Positions 8,434-17,081 are shown, numbered from the stretch's first letter. The stretch is 64,000 nt of DNA from an uncultured Candidatus Saccharibacteria bacterium (GCA_964493085.1 CAZBLV010000013.1:66033-130032), one strand, 5' to 3'. The notes: generated by a model not told the origin, from the sequence alone. A program made the numbers and translations.

Positions 8434-9462
8434 ATGAATCCTGTTATAATTTTTCTGGCCCTAATAATAGCCATTTTGGCTGCAGTAATATTTTTTCTTG
8501 CCAGAAAAAAACCCAGGAGAGACAGTTCTTTTTTAATGATTCAACAACAGCTGGACCAGCTTAATCGTTCCTTGGACAGCAAGTTATCCGAGTCCAATAA
8601 GGCTATTCAATCCCAGTTCGGACAAAGCACCAAGATAGTTAAAGAGGTTACTGAAAGACTGGGAAAAATTGACCAGACGAACAGGGAAATAGCAGATTTT
8701 GCCCAACAGCTGCAGTCCTTGGAAGACATTCTGAAGAATCCAAAGCAAAGAGGGATTCTCGGAGAATATTATTTGGAAGAATTGCTTAAAAACGTTTTTA
8801 GCCCCAATCAGTATCAGTTGCAGCACAAGTTTAAAGACGGGGAGATAGTAGACGCTGTTATTTTTTTAAGAGATGACAAGATTCTTCCAATTGATTCCAA
8901 GTTTTCTTTGGAGAATTACAATAAAATTATTCAAGAAAAAGACAAAGAGAGAAGAAAGCAGCTGGAAAAAGTTTTTTGCCAGGATCTTAAAAACCGGATC
9001 GAGGAAACAGCGAAATATATCAGGCCGAGTGAAGGAACCTTGGATTTTGCCTTTATGTTTATCCCGGCCGAGGCCATTTACTACGACCTCTTGGTTAATA
9101 AAATAGGGGCCATTCAAAGCAATACCAGGGACTTAATCGAATATGCAGTAAAAGAAAAAAAGGTTATTCCCGTATCCCCGACTTCCTTTTATGCCTATTT
9201 GCAGACAATCCTTCAAGGCCTAAGAGCTTTTCAAATAGAGAAGTCAGCCCAGGAAATTCGCCAGCGAGTGGAAGACCTGTCAAAGCATCTGGCTAATTAT
9301 GAAGAATATTTAAGAAAAACCGGCTCCTCCCTCAATTCTACAGTTTCAGCCTATAATAAAAGTTACAAGGCTTTCGGGAGAATTGATAAAGATATAACTA
9401 AAATTATTGATAAAAAATCTAAGGTCGAACCAAAAGAAATAGAAAAGCCAACCCAAGACTAA
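8434..9462 (+). CDS. rmuC: DNA recombination protein RmuC
   Basis: N-terminal TM helix, coiled coil, and an RmuC core (FAFMFIPAEAIYYDL, VIPVSPTSFYAYLQTI). ATG 8434 is preferred over GTG 8428 because TAATAT (8421-8426) lies 7 nt upstream. Confidence 0.85.
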   Translation: MNPVIIFLALIIAILAAVIFFLARKKPRRDSSFLMIQQQLDQLNRSLDSKLSESNKAIQSQFGQSTKIVKEVTERLGKIDQTNREIADFAQQLQSLEDILKNPKQRGILGEYYLEELLKNVFSPNQYQLQHKFKDGEIVDAVIFLRDDKILPIDSKFSLENYNKIIQEKDKERRKQLEKVFCQDLKNRIEETAKYIRPSEGTLDFAFMFIPAEAIYYDLLVNKIGAIQSNTRDLIEYAVKEKKVIPVSPTSFYAYLQTILQGLRAFQIEKSAQEIRQRVEDLSKHLANYEEYLRKTGSSLNSTVSAYNKSYKAFGRIDKDITKIIDKKSKVEPKEIEKPTQD

Positions 9463-9463
9463 T

Positions 9464-9778
9464 ATGTTAGCTGTAATAGAAACGGGCGGGAAACAATATC
9501 TTGTTAAGCCCGGCGACAAAATAAAAGTAGAGAAAATAAAAGGAAAAGAGGAAGATAAAACAACCTTCAGCCAGGTTTTGCTTTTGGAAAAGAACAAGAA
9601 GTTGGAGATAGGCGCTCCTTACGTCAAAGGAGCTAAGGTGGAAGCTAAAATCTTGTCTCAAGGGAAAGGAAAGAAAACCACTATTTTAAAATACAAGCCC
9701 AAGACCCGCCAGAAAACAAAAAAGGGGCATCGTCAGCCCTTCACTGAAGTAGAAATTGTAAAAATAGAACTAAAATAG
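9464..9778 (+). CDS. rplU: 50S ribosomal protein L21
   Basis: 104 aa with MLAVIETGGKQYLVKPGDKIKVEKI, typical of bL21. Confidence 0.95.
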   Translation: MLAVIETGGKQYLVKPGDKIKVEKIKGKEEDKTTFSQVLLLEKNKKLEIGAPYVKGAKVEAKILSQGKGKKTTILKYKPKTRQKTKKGHRQPFTEVEIVKIELK

Positions 9779-9787
9779 GCATAAAAA

Positions 9788-9815
9788 ACAGGGGGCAGTC
9801 CCTGTTTTTTTTTTA
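9788..9815. terminator. Bidirectional terminator between convergent rplU and recR
   Basis: Stem ACAGGG/CCCTGT with a 6-nt loop, an A-run upstream and a T-run (9806-9814) downstream. Confidence 0.7.
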
Positions 9816-10427
9816 TTTCCTTCCTTCAAAAGCGTTTTCTAGAGTTTCTTCATCTGCATATTCCAGCTCTCCTCCAGTAGGCAGGCCTCTTCCTAAGCGC
9901 GTTGTTTTTATTCTTAGGTCTTTAATATTCCTTTCTACATAAAGGGCTGTTGCTTCTCCTTCTGTTGTGGTGTCTGTGGCAATAATTATTTCCTTGAAGC
10001 CTGCCTTTATGCCGAATTTTTCGGGATTTTTAATTCTTTCTCTTAATTCCTTTATCCTTATTTTTTCCAAATTTTCTTTCTTCAAATTAGAAACAGTTCC
10101 TCCCAAGATAAAGTAAAGGCCTTTGTATTTTTTTGATTTTTCGATTGAAGCCAGATCTGCTTCTTTTTCCACCAAACAGATTAAAGATCGGTCTCTTGAT
10201 TTGTTGCGGCAGATAGGGCAGAGATTTTCTTTGTCTTCGTGAGGATTAAAGCAAAAATCGCATATCCTTATATCTTTTTTTAGCTGATTTAAGGACCTCA
10301 TTATATTCTGAAAATCGTTTTCTGGAAGGTTTATCAAATAAAAGACAAAACGGGCAGCAGTTCGCGGCCCGACAGTTGGAAATTTGCTGAAGATGTCAAT
10401 AATTTTTTTTATCTTCGGGGGATACAT
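9813..10427 (-). CDS. recR: Recombination protein RecR
   Basis: 204 aa with an HhH N-terminus, a C4 zinc finger (CDFC...CPIC) and a Toprim domain. Confidence 0.95.
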   Translation of the reverse strand: MYPPKIKKIIDIFSKFPTVGPRTAARFVFYLINLPENDFQNIMRSLNQLKKDIRICDFCFNPHEDKENLCPICRNKSRDRSLICLVEKEADLASIEKSKKYKGLYFILGGTVSNLKKENLEKIRIKELRERIKNPEKFGIKAGFKEIIIATDTTTEGEATALYVERNIKDLRIKTTRLGRGLPTGGELEYADEETLENAFEGRK

Positions 10428-11789
10428 CTAAATCTCTTCTTCTTGGGTGATATATTCTTCTTTTGCAAGATTGCGAAAACAGGCCCTTTGGTCGTCAAAA
10501 TACAATTCTGCTTTTCCTACGGGCCCGTTCCTATGTTTGGCAATAATAATATCTGCTATGTTTTTTCTGCTAGTGTCTTCTCTGTACCTGTCTTCCCGGT
10601 AGATAAAAAGGACAAGATCTGCATCCTGCTCCAGACTCCCGCTTTCTCTCAGGTCTGCTAATCTTGGGATTTGGGGGATTCTTTGCTCTACTGCCCTCGA
10701 CAACTGGGAAAGCGCTAAGACCGGGACATCAAGCTCTCTCGCCATTGCCTTAAGAGATCTGGATATTTCAGTAACCTGCTGGACCATGCTAGTGCTGTCT
10801 GATCTCGGTTGCATTAATTGGAGATAATCTACAATAATCAGACCCAGTCCGTGCCTTGCCTGCAGCCTTCTGGCCATGGCCTTCATTTGCACTATATTCG
10901 GAGAGGCTGCGTCATCTACATAAATAGGGGCTTCAGAAAGAAGGCCCATGGAGTCCTGGATTCTGGTAAAGTCTTCGCTGTCTCCTGAAAGCCTTCCTGT
11001 CCTCAATTTCCAAAGGTCCACATTGGACATTGAAGCCAGTAGCCTGTCTGTCAGCTGGTCTTTTGACATTTCCAGACTAAAAACACCCACAGGAACTTTT
11101 TCTTTAGTGGCAACGTTTGAAGCAATATTTAGAGCCAGACTGGTCTTTCCCATTGAGGGCCTGGAGGCTAAAAGAACAAAGTCTGACTTTTGGAGTCCAG
11201 AAACTATATTATCTAAGTCTGTAAATCCCGTGGCTACTCCCCGTATTCCGGTTTTGTTTTTTGAAAGCTTGTCTATTCTTTCAAAGGCTGCCTCCAAGGT
11301 GTCTCTTATCGGGACGAATTTTTGGGTTAAGCTTCCTTGAGCTATGCCGAATATTTTCTGTTCTGCCTGGTCGAGCAGCATTTCCACATCCTTGTCTTCT
11401 TGATAGCCCATGGTGTTTATTTCCTGGCCGCAGGCAATAAGGTCTCTTAGGATCCTGTTTTTTTGTACGGTTTTGGCATAACTGCTTACATGGGAAGCAG
11501 TGGGAACAAAATTAATTAATTCTGTGAGATAACTATTTCCTCCGCATTCTTCCAGCTGCTTTTTTTCTTTTAAGGTGGTAGCCACAGACAAAAGGTCTAT
11601 AGATTCCCCTTTCTCAAAAAGCCCCAGTACGGCTTCGTATATTAATTGGTGCTTTTTAGGGTAAAAATCCTGGGAATTAAGAAAATCTGCCACTCGGGAG
11701 ACAGCGTTTTTGTCTAACATCAGACAACCTAATACTGATTTTTCAGCATCAATATTTTGAGGAGGTATTTTGTCTCGGGCCTGTGCCAT
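10428..11789 (-). CDS. dnaB: Replicative DNA helicase DnaB
   Basis: 453 aa with PPQNIDAEKSVLG at the N-terminus, Walker A SRPSMGKTSLAL and a RecA-like core. Confidence 0.95.
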   Translation of the reverse strand: MAQARDKIPPQNIDAEKSVLGCLMLDKNAVSRVADFLNSQDFYPKKHQLIYEAVLGLFEKGESIDLLSVATTLKEKKQLEECGGNSYLTELINFVPTASHVSSYAKTVQKNRILRDLIACGQEINTMGYQEDKDVEMLLDQAEQKIFGIAQGSLTQKFVPIRDTLEAAFERIDKLSKNKTGIRGVATGFTDLDNIVSGLQKSDFVLLASRPSMGKTSLALNIASNVATKEKVPVGVFSLEMSKDQLTDRLLASMSNVDLWKLRTGRLSGDSEDFTRIQDSMGLLSEAPIYVDDAASPNIVQMKAMARRLQARHGLGLIIVDYLQLMQPRSDSTSMVQQVTEISRSLKAMARELDVPVLALSQLSRAVEQRIPQIPRLADLRESGSLEQDADLVLFIYREDRYREDTSRKNIADIIIAKHRNGPVGKAELYFDDQRACFRNLAKEEYITQEEEI

Positions 11790-11800
11790 ACTTTTTTATA

Positions 11801-13186
11801 TCAAATCCGGTTCCCGTTGGCAAGCTTGGTTATTTTAGGCCCCTGCTTCGTGTCTTCGATTTCAAAACCCTGTTTTTTTATCTTTTCCCTTATTCTGTCA
11901 GCTTTCTGCCATTTGTGTTCTTGCCTTAATTGTTCTCTTTTTTCTGCCTCTTCTTTTATCTGTTTTGGTATTCTTAAGGGCTTTGTCTTTTTAAGATCAA
12001 GACAAAAAACCTTGTCGAATTCTGCTAAGGTATTGTATTTCTCCTGATCTGAAATTTTCTTGTCTTTGATAAGATTCCAGGCCAAAGCCAGGGCCTGGGG
12101 CATGTTCAGGTCGTCTGAAATCGTCTTTTGAAATTCTCTCTGGTATTTTTTAGATATTTTTTTTGGGGTTTTTTTTAGCTTTGATATTTTCTCTTTCAGG
12201 TTGTTATAGCTATTCTGGGCGGACTGCAGTATTTCCCAAGAGAAGGTAAGCTTTTTTCTGTAATGGGTGTTTAGGCACAAATATCGATAGGCGAGGGGAT
12301 CGAACCCCTTTTCTTCAAGGTTTTTCAGGGTAACAATGTTTCCTTTTGATTTGCCCATTCTCCCCTCCTTTAAAACTAAAAATTCTCCGTGAAGCCAGAA
12401 GTTGGCCAGTTTTTTTTCGTATCCCGCCTTTGCCTGGGCTATTTCGTTCGGGTGATGCACTGTTATGTGGTCTACGCCTCCGCAATGGATATCCAAAGGC
12501 AGGCCCAGGTTTTCAGCTGCCATTACTACGCATTCGGTATGCCATCCCGGAAAACCCTTTCCCCAAGGAGAATCCCATTCCATTTGCCTTTTTACTCCGG
12601 GCTGGGTTAGTTTCCAAAGAGCAAAGTCTGCAGTACTCTTTTTCCCTTCTATTTTTTCTATTCTGGCTTTTGTCTCTTTTCTTTTCTCTTTTTGGGCTAT
12701 TCTTCCGTAATCTGGCAGTTTGCTGGTGTCAAAATATATCCCGTCTTTTATGGTATAGGTAAACCCTTTCTTCTCCAAAGTCTTTATCAGTTCAATCTGC
12801 TCTTTTATGTAATCTGTGGCTTTGCACCAGATATCAGGTTCTTTTATATTCAGCTTTTCTATATCTTCTTTAAAGGCCTTGGCATAGAACTCTGCTATTT
12901 CCCAAACTGTTTTCTTCTCTCTTTTAGCTCCCTTTTCCATCTTGTCTTCTCCTGTATCCTGGTCTGAAACAAGGTGTCCCACGTCCGTGATATTCATCGC
13001 GTGCTTTACCTTGTAGCCATTGTATTCTAAGGCCCCCTTGAGAAGGTCTTCAAAAATATATGTTCGAAGATTTCCTATATGAGCGTACCAGTAAACAGTG
13101 GGTCCGCAGGTGTATAAAGAAACCTTCTTGCCTTTTTGGGGTTTGAAGACTTCCTTTTTTCTGTTTAACGTATTATAGAGCTTCAT
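11801..13186 (-). CDS. cysS: Cysteine--tRNA ligase
   Basis: 461 aa with the class I motifs HIGN (AHIGNLRTY) and KMSKS-like RMGKSKGN. Confidence 0.95.
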   Translation of the reverse strand: MKLYNTLNRKKEVFKPQKGKKVSLYTCGPTVYWYAHIGNLRTYIFEDLLKGALEYNGYKVKHAMNITDVGHLVSDQDTGEDKMEKGAKREKKTVWEIAEFYAKAFKEDIEKLNIKEPDIWCKATDYIKEQIELIKTLEKKGFTYTIKDGIYFDTSKLPDYGRIAQKEKRKETKARIEKIEGKKSTADFALWKLTQPGVKRQMEWDSPWGKGFPGWHTECVVMAAENLGLPLDIHCGGVDHITVHHPNEIAQAKAGYEKKLANFWLHGEFLVLKEGRMGKSKGNIVTLKNLEEKGFDPLAYRYLCLNTHYRKKLTFSWEILQSAQNSYNNLKEKISKLKKTPKKISKKYQREFQKTISDDLNMPQALALAWNLIKDKKISDQEKYNTLAEFDKVFCLDLKKTKPLRIPKQIKEEAEKREQLRQEHKWQKADRIREKIKKQGFEIEDTKQGPKITKLANGNRI

Positions 13187-13192
13187 TGCTTT

Positions 13193-13201
13193 ATTCTACC
13201 A
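13193..13201 (-). promoter_or_regulatory. Extended -10 (TGgTAGAAT) 6 nt upstream of cysS ATG (leaderless geometry)
   Basis: The minus strand reads TGGTAGAAT-AAAGCA-ATG, with the ATG at 13186-13184. Confidence 0.45.
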
Positions 13202-13226
13202 GATTATTCGGAGGAAAATAAGGGGA

Positions 13227-13255
13227 TTGACATATTAACTATAATATTATATACT
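13227..13255 (+). promoter_or_regulatory. Sigma70-type promoter TTGACA-N17-TATACT
   Basis: TTGACA at 13227-13232, a 17-nt spacer and TATACT at 13250-13255, 60 nt upstream of the WG-repeat gene. Confidence 0.55.
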
Positions 13256-13315
13256 AGCTTTAGTTCGCTTTAACATCAAACACGTCAGAAACCCAAGAAA
13301 AAAAAGGAACAAGCA

Positions 13316-13957
13316 ATGAATGCGCTGACAAGAGATCAATTGAAAAAGAGGTACGACTTTGTCGGTCTCTTCTTCGAAGGCCTGGCTCAAGCTCGGAAAG
13401 GCAACAAGTGGTTCCACGTCCGCCCCGACGGCAGTCCTGCCTACGAGGCAAGGTACGACTTTGTCGGTCTCTTCTCCGGAGGCCTGGCCCAAGCTCGGGA
13501 AGGTACCTGGTGGTTCCATGCCCGTCCTGACGGCAAGCCTGCTTACGAGCAGAGGTACGACTCTGTCGGTCTCTTCTCCGAGGGCCTGGCTACGGCCGAA
13601 AAGAAGGGCGGAAGGTTTCACATCCGCCCCGACGGCAAGCCAGCCTATCGGGAGAGGTACGACTTTGTCTATCCCTTCTCCGAAGGCCTGGCTGCAGTCC
13701 GAAAGGACAACAAGTGGTTCCACATCCGCCCCGACGGCAGTCCTGCTTACGAGCAGAGGTACGACCATGTCGGCCCCTTCTCCGAAGGCCTGGCTCAAGC
13801 TCAAAAAGGCAACAAGTGGTTCCACATCCGCCCCGACGGCAGTCCTGCTTACGAGCAGAGGTACGACTATGTCGACCCCTTCTCCGAAGGCCTGGCTGTA
13901 GTCCGAAAGAACGCCAAGCGGTTCCACATCCGCCCCGACGGCGTCAGAGTGGACTGA
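13316..13957 (+). CDS. WG-repeat (KWG/WG_beta_rep-like) protein
   Basis: 213 aa made of six 34-aa units of the form RYDxVGxFSEGLAxAxKGNKWFHIRPDGSPAYEQ. No signal peptide is apparent. The gene is strongly GC-rich relative to its flanks. Confidence 0.8.
   Translation: MNALTRDQLKKRYDFVGLFFEGLAQARKGNKWFHVRPDGSPAYEARYDFVGLFSGGLAQAREGTWWFHARPDGKPAYEQRYDSVGLFSEGLATAEKKGGRFHIRPDGKPAYRERYDFVYPFSEGLAAVRKDNKWFHIRPDGSPAYEQRYDHVGPFSEGLAQAQKGNKWFHIRPDGSPAYEQRYDYVDPFSEGLAVVRKNAKRFHIRPDGVRVD
13349..13954 (+). repeat. Tandem repeat, 6 units of 102 bp (last slightly short)
   Basis: AGGTACGAC unit starts fall at 13349, 13451, 13553, 13655, 13757 and 13859, an exact 102-bp period. Confidence 0.9.
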
Positions 13958-13963
13958 CACCAA

Positions 13964-13999
13964 AGCCCTCTTAATCTGAAGATTAAGAGGGCTCTTTTT
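13964..13999 (+). terminator. Rho-independent terminator of WG-repeat gene
   Basis: 13-bp stem AGCCCTCTTAATC/GATTAAGAGGGCT with loop TGAA, followed by CTTTTTA. Confidence 0.75.
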
Positions 14000-14022
14000 A
14001 TGCGTGCGTGGAGTTGCGCGTG

Positions 14023-14083
14023 GAGGCCCGTCCTCTGCGGAAAACTCTGAAGGATTGTGGGAGGACGGGTCTCCCACATTTTA
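14023..14083 (+). promoter_or_regulatory. GC-rich structured element with two mutually exclusive hairpins (terminator-like plus long-range pairing)
   Basis: GAGGCCCGTCCTC (14023-14035) pairs with GAGGACGGGTCTC (14061-14073) with 1 mismatch. This competes with hairpin TGTGGGAG/CTCCCACA (14056-63 / 14071-78), which is followed by TTTT. Confidence 0.35.
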
Positions 14084-14156
14084 TAGCGCTTCTTGCTTTT
14101 AAAATTCCAAAAAGTTAATATGGAAAAAGGTTTTAATAAATTTCTAATTAGACATT

Positions 14157-14810
14157 ATGAAAAAAGCAGACTATATTTTTCCTTTAGTAATAGGCGAGGC
14201 CATTGCTTTAATCGCTCTTACAGTTTCCAAATTGGGGATATCTAAAACACTAAGCTTGCCGGACGTCGTAGATGAAATAATCGTTTATCTTCCCTTGGCT
14301 CTTCCTTTGCTTGCTTTATTGGGAACTATTATTGCTTTTTGGATCGGAAAGGCGTTTTCTGTTTTATTCCAGCTGGCAAAGTTTATTATGGTCGGAGCCC
14401 TGAATACTTTTGTCGACTTGGGCTACTTAAACATTTTGATATTGGTTTCAGGCGTAGCTTCAGGGTGGCTTTATTCTGTTTTTAAGGCTTTATCTTTTAC
14501 TTTTTCCGTGGTTAATTCCTATTTCTGGAATAAGTTCTGGACTTACGAGCACAAGGAAACCAAGGTAGGGGGGAGAGAATTCGGCAAGTTCTATTTAATA
14601 GCAGGAATAGGTTTTCTTTTAAATGTAGGAGTGGCCTCTTTTATCGTTAATATTGTCGGTCCCCAGTTCGGCTTTTCTCCTGAATTATGGGCTAATATAG
14701 GGGCCTTTACGGCCATAATCTGCGTTTTTATGTGGAACTTTCTGGGATACAAGTTTATTGTGTTCAGGAGCCGAGACAGAGAAGTTCCCATTGTTCCGCC
14801 TAAGAAATAA
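14157..14810 (+). CDS. GtrA-like polysaccharide-synthesis membrane protein
   Basis: 217 aa polytopic protein with GtrA motifs (VGALNTFVDLGYLNIL, NSYFWNKFWTY) and an N-terminal extension carrying extra TM helices. Confidence 0.8.
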   Translation: MKKADYIFPLVIGEAIALIALTVSKLGISKTLSLPDVVDEIIVYLPLALPLLALLGTIIAFWIGKAFSVLFQLAKFIMVGALNTFVDLGYLNILILVSGVASGWLYSVFKALSFTFSVVNSYFWNKFWTYEHKETKVGGREFGKFYLIAGIGFLLNVGVASFIVNIVGPQFGFSPELWANIGAFTAIICVFMWNFLGYKFIVFRSRDREVPIVPPKK

Positions 14811-14811
14811 T

Positions 14812-15927
14812 ATGTCCAACTTGGTTCTTTACCGGAAATACCGACCAAAGAAGTTTTCTGAGATTGTGGGGCAAGAGCATATAGTTAAAACTTTAACTAA
14901 CGCTGTTTCCCGTGAGACGGTTTCTCATGCTTATTTGTTTTCAGGTCCCAGAGGAACGGGGAAAACTACTACGGCCCGACTGTTTGCTAAGGCCTTGAAC
15001 TGCCATAATCGAAAACAAGGAACAGCAGAGCCTTGTAATAAGTGTTCTTCCTGTCTTGATATTATGCAAGGAAGATCCTTGGACCTGATTGAAATTGATG
15101 CCGCTTCCCATAGAGGGGTTGACGACATCAGAGAATTAAGGGAAGGAATCAAGTTTTCTCCTGCCAAAGAAAAATACAAGGTTTTTATTTTGGACGAAGC
15201 CCATCAGCTTTCCAAAGACGCAGTTAACGCCCTATTAAAAACCCTGGAAGAGCCTCCATCTCATGCTATCTTTATTTTAGCCACCACAGAAGTTCATAAA
15301 ATGCTTCCCACTATTATTTCCAGATGTCAAAGATTTGACTTTAGGAAATTAAAGCTTCCCGAAATAGAAAAAAGAATATCTCATATTTGCCAGAAAGAAG
15401 GGGTAAGAATAGAAAAAGCAGCTCTCGACCTTATTGCTTTAAACTCCGGAGGGGGAGCCAGGGACGCAGAAAGCCTGCTGGATCAGGTTTTAACTTTTGC
15501 CTTTACAGCCGATGCAGAAGAGATAAAAGCAGAAAAAGTAAGAGACATCCTGGGAATAGCAGACAATAGCTTAATAGGCCAGTTCTTAAAACACCTTGAA
15601 AACAATGACGCAGCCTCTGCTTTGAGGTTTTTAAACCAAATTATGGAGAAAGGGTATGATCCCCAGGAGTTTGCCAGAGCGTTGGTCAGATATTTGAGAC
15701 AGCTTTTGATACTGGAGATTAATCCGGACGACGAAAACTCCATTGTTCTCGGCTTAACAGAAGAAGAAAAACGCTCCTTTAAAGATCAGGCTAAGTCCTT
15801 GGGAGCCGGAAGGATTCACAGGATGATAGACCTTTTCTTGGATGCTGAAAACAAGATGAGATATTCTCCAATACCCCAGTTGCCTCTGGAATTGGCCGTA
15901 GTTGACATAACAGAGAAAGATAAGTAA
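14812..15927 (+). CDS. dnaX: DNA polymerase III subunit gamma/tau (short form)
   Basis: Starts MSNLVLYRKYRPKKF, with GPRGTGKTTTARL, a zinc module CNKCSSC and ILDEAHQLS. ATG 14812 is chosen over the track start 14758, which overlaps the GtrA-like gene. Confidence 0.9.
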   Translation: MSNLVLYRKYRPKKFSEIVGQEHIVKTLTNAVSRETVSHAYLFSGPRGTGKTTTARLFAKALNCHNRKQGTAEPCNKCSSCLDIMQGRSLDLIEIDAASHRGVDDIRELREGIKFSPAKEKYKVFILDEAHQLSKDAVNALLKTLEEPPSHAIFILATTEVHKMLPTIISRCQRFDFRKLKLPEIEKRISHICQKEGVRIEKAALDLIALNSGGGARDAESLLDQVLTFAFTADAEEIKAEKVRDILGIADNSLIGQFLKHLENNDAASALRFLNQIMEKGYDPQEFARALVRYLRQLLILEINPDDENSIVLGLTEEEKRSFKDQAKSLGAGRIHRMIDLFLDAENKMRYSPIPQLPLELAVVDITEKDK

Positions 15928-15930
15928 AAT
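15902..15930 (+). promoter_or_regulatory. Sigma70-type promoter TTGACA-N17-TAAAAT just upstream of tRNA-Gln
   Basis: TTGACA at 15902-15907 and TAAAAT at 15925-15930, overlapping the dnaX stop. The tRNA 5' end is at 15941. Confidence 0.45.
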
Positions 15931-15940
15931 ATATTTTTAT

Positions 15941-16014
15941 TGCGGGGTCGTCTAACGGTAGGACATTTGACTTTGACTCAAATGATCCAGGTTCGAATCC
16001 TGGCCCCGCAGCCA
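15941..16014 (+). tRNA. tRNA-Gln (anticodon UUG), CCA encoded
   Basis: Acceptor TGCGGGG/CCCCGCA (U1-A72 as in bacterial tRNA-Gln), anticodon stem TTTGA/TCAAA with loop CTTTGAC, T arm CCAGG-TTCGAAT-CCTGG, then G-CCA. Confidence 0.9.
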
Positions 16015-16131
16015 CCTTGAGCGTGGTTCGAGAGACCGATCCGCCTCATATTTTGACAAATGGTTCGATTTTATATTCCGGTACTCGTCCAGGACATCGA
16101 ACTTTGTTCGGGAAATGAACTAATCAAACTA

Positions 16132-16153
16132 ATCGCCAAAGAGGCGATTTTTT
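16132..16153 (+). terminator. Rho-independent terminator downstream of tRNA-Gln
   Basis: Stem ATCGCC/GGCGAT with loop AAAGA, followed by TTTTTT. Confidence 0.6.
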
Positions 16154-16234
16154 GATATAGTAAAAATATACTAAAGACGAATCAAGTATCATATATTTAT
16201 TCGTTAATTAATTTATTTAAATTTAATAAATAAT

Positions 16235-16858
16235 ATGAAATTTTATTTGTCTTCATATAAATTAGGCAATGGAGTCGCTAAATTAAAAGAATTAATACCT
16301 GCAGAAAATAAAAAAACTGCGTATATTTCTAACGCGCTTGATTTTTCAGATGATTTAGAAAGAAGAAAGAAAAGCGAACAATCAGATATAGAGGAACTTA
16401 AGGAGTTAAATTTAGATATAAAAATAATTGATTTACGGGACTATTTTAATAAACAAAGTGAATTAGAAAAGAAACTCACTGAGTTCGGCGTAATTTGGGT
16501 AAGGGGAGGAAACCTTTTCGTTTTAAGGCAGGCAATGAAGCTGAGCGGATTCGATAACATCCTAAAAAACTTAATTAAAAGAGACAATATCTTATACGGG
16601 GGATATAGTGCAGGTGTTTGCGTGTTAGCTCCATCATTAAAAGGTATGGATATAATAGACGATTTGAACGCAAAACCTTATGGAAATCAGTCGGAAATTA
16701 TTTGGGACGGCTTGGGAATTCTTAATTATTCTGTAGTTCCGCATTATAGATCGGATCATCCTGAATCAGAAAAAGCAGAAAAAGTTGTAGAATATATGGT
16801 AAAAAATAAAATTCCATTTAAAACACTCAAAGACGGCGAGGTTATTATTATAGAATAA
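16235..16858 (+). CDS. Peptidase E-like (S51 family) dipeptidase
   Basis: 207 aa with S51 hallmarks (VRGGNLFVLRQAM, nucleophile context YGGYSAGVCV, VVPHY). Confidence 0.8.
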   Translation: MKFYLSSYKLGNGVAKLKELIPAENKKTAYISNALDFSDDLERRKKSEQSDIEELKELNLDIKIIDLRDYFNKQSELEKKLTEFGVIWVRGGNLFVLRQAMKLSGFDNILKNLIKRDNILYGGYSAGVCVLAPSLKGMDIIDDLNAKPYGNQSEIIWDGLGILNYSVVPHYRSDHPESEKAEKVVEYMVKNKIPFKTLKDGEVIIIE

Positions 16859-16895
16859 CCAATACATGTTCCATTAGAACAAACCGAATATTTAT

Positions 16896-17081
16896 ATGTT
16901 GTATAAAATTAATAAAAATGGTTATGTTATTAATGAAGGTAACTCAAGAAAAATTCTAAAAGAGATCAATCAACTATATATTAATAAATTAGAAAGTAAT
17001 TTATTGAGGTCTATATTTGCGGTAGAGGAAAAATTCATCACAAACTATTTTCAAACTTTCCTGCCGATGATGGCGACATAA
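16896..17081 (+). CDS. Hypothetical 61-aa ORF (possibly a gene remnant)
   Basis: ORF only, with no recognisable motif or RBS. Its 3' end overlaps the convergent ORF 17051..17326. Confidence 0.25.
   Translation: MLYKINKNGYVINEGNSRKILKEINQLYINKLESNLLRSIFAVEEKFITNYFQTFLPMMAT

Noticed and set aside
14056-14078. A possible guanidine-II (mini-ykkC) riboswitch, suggested by an ACGG in the hairpin loop.
   Set aside because: That class needs two separate GC hairpins, each with an ACGR tetraloop closed by C-G. Here there is a single hairpin with a 7-nt loop, and the second ACGG-complement lies in a pairing partner rather than a loop.
13247-14079. A 276-aa minus-strand ORF, plus 180-aa, 86-aa, 70-aa and 63-aa ORFs in other frames across the WG-repeat gene.
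   Set aside because: The GC-rich 102-bp tandem repeat removes stop codons in all frames. Only the frame 13316..13957 gives a recognisable WG-repeat protein and is bracketed by a promoter and a terminator. The other translations are repeat-derived low-complexity strings.
14758-14811. Upstream extensions of track ORFs. Examples are dnaX from 14758, the UvrD-like gene from 25690, the femAB-like gene from 51077, the ATP-cone gene from 21424, dnaK from 58035, the nucleotidase from 23925, the GT from 56319 and the 218-aa protein from 32550.
   Set aside because: The extensions overlap upstream genes or terminators and have non-protein-like sequence. In each case a downstream ATG is preceded by a -10 box or an SD and begins the conserved family N-terminus.
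15990-16070. Direct repeats of the tRNA-Gln 3' end as att sites (GGTTCGA recurs at 16026 and 16063).
   Set aside because: The matches are only 7 nt long, which is expected by chance. No longer repeat of the tRNA 3' end was noticed further downstream, and no integrase gene is present.
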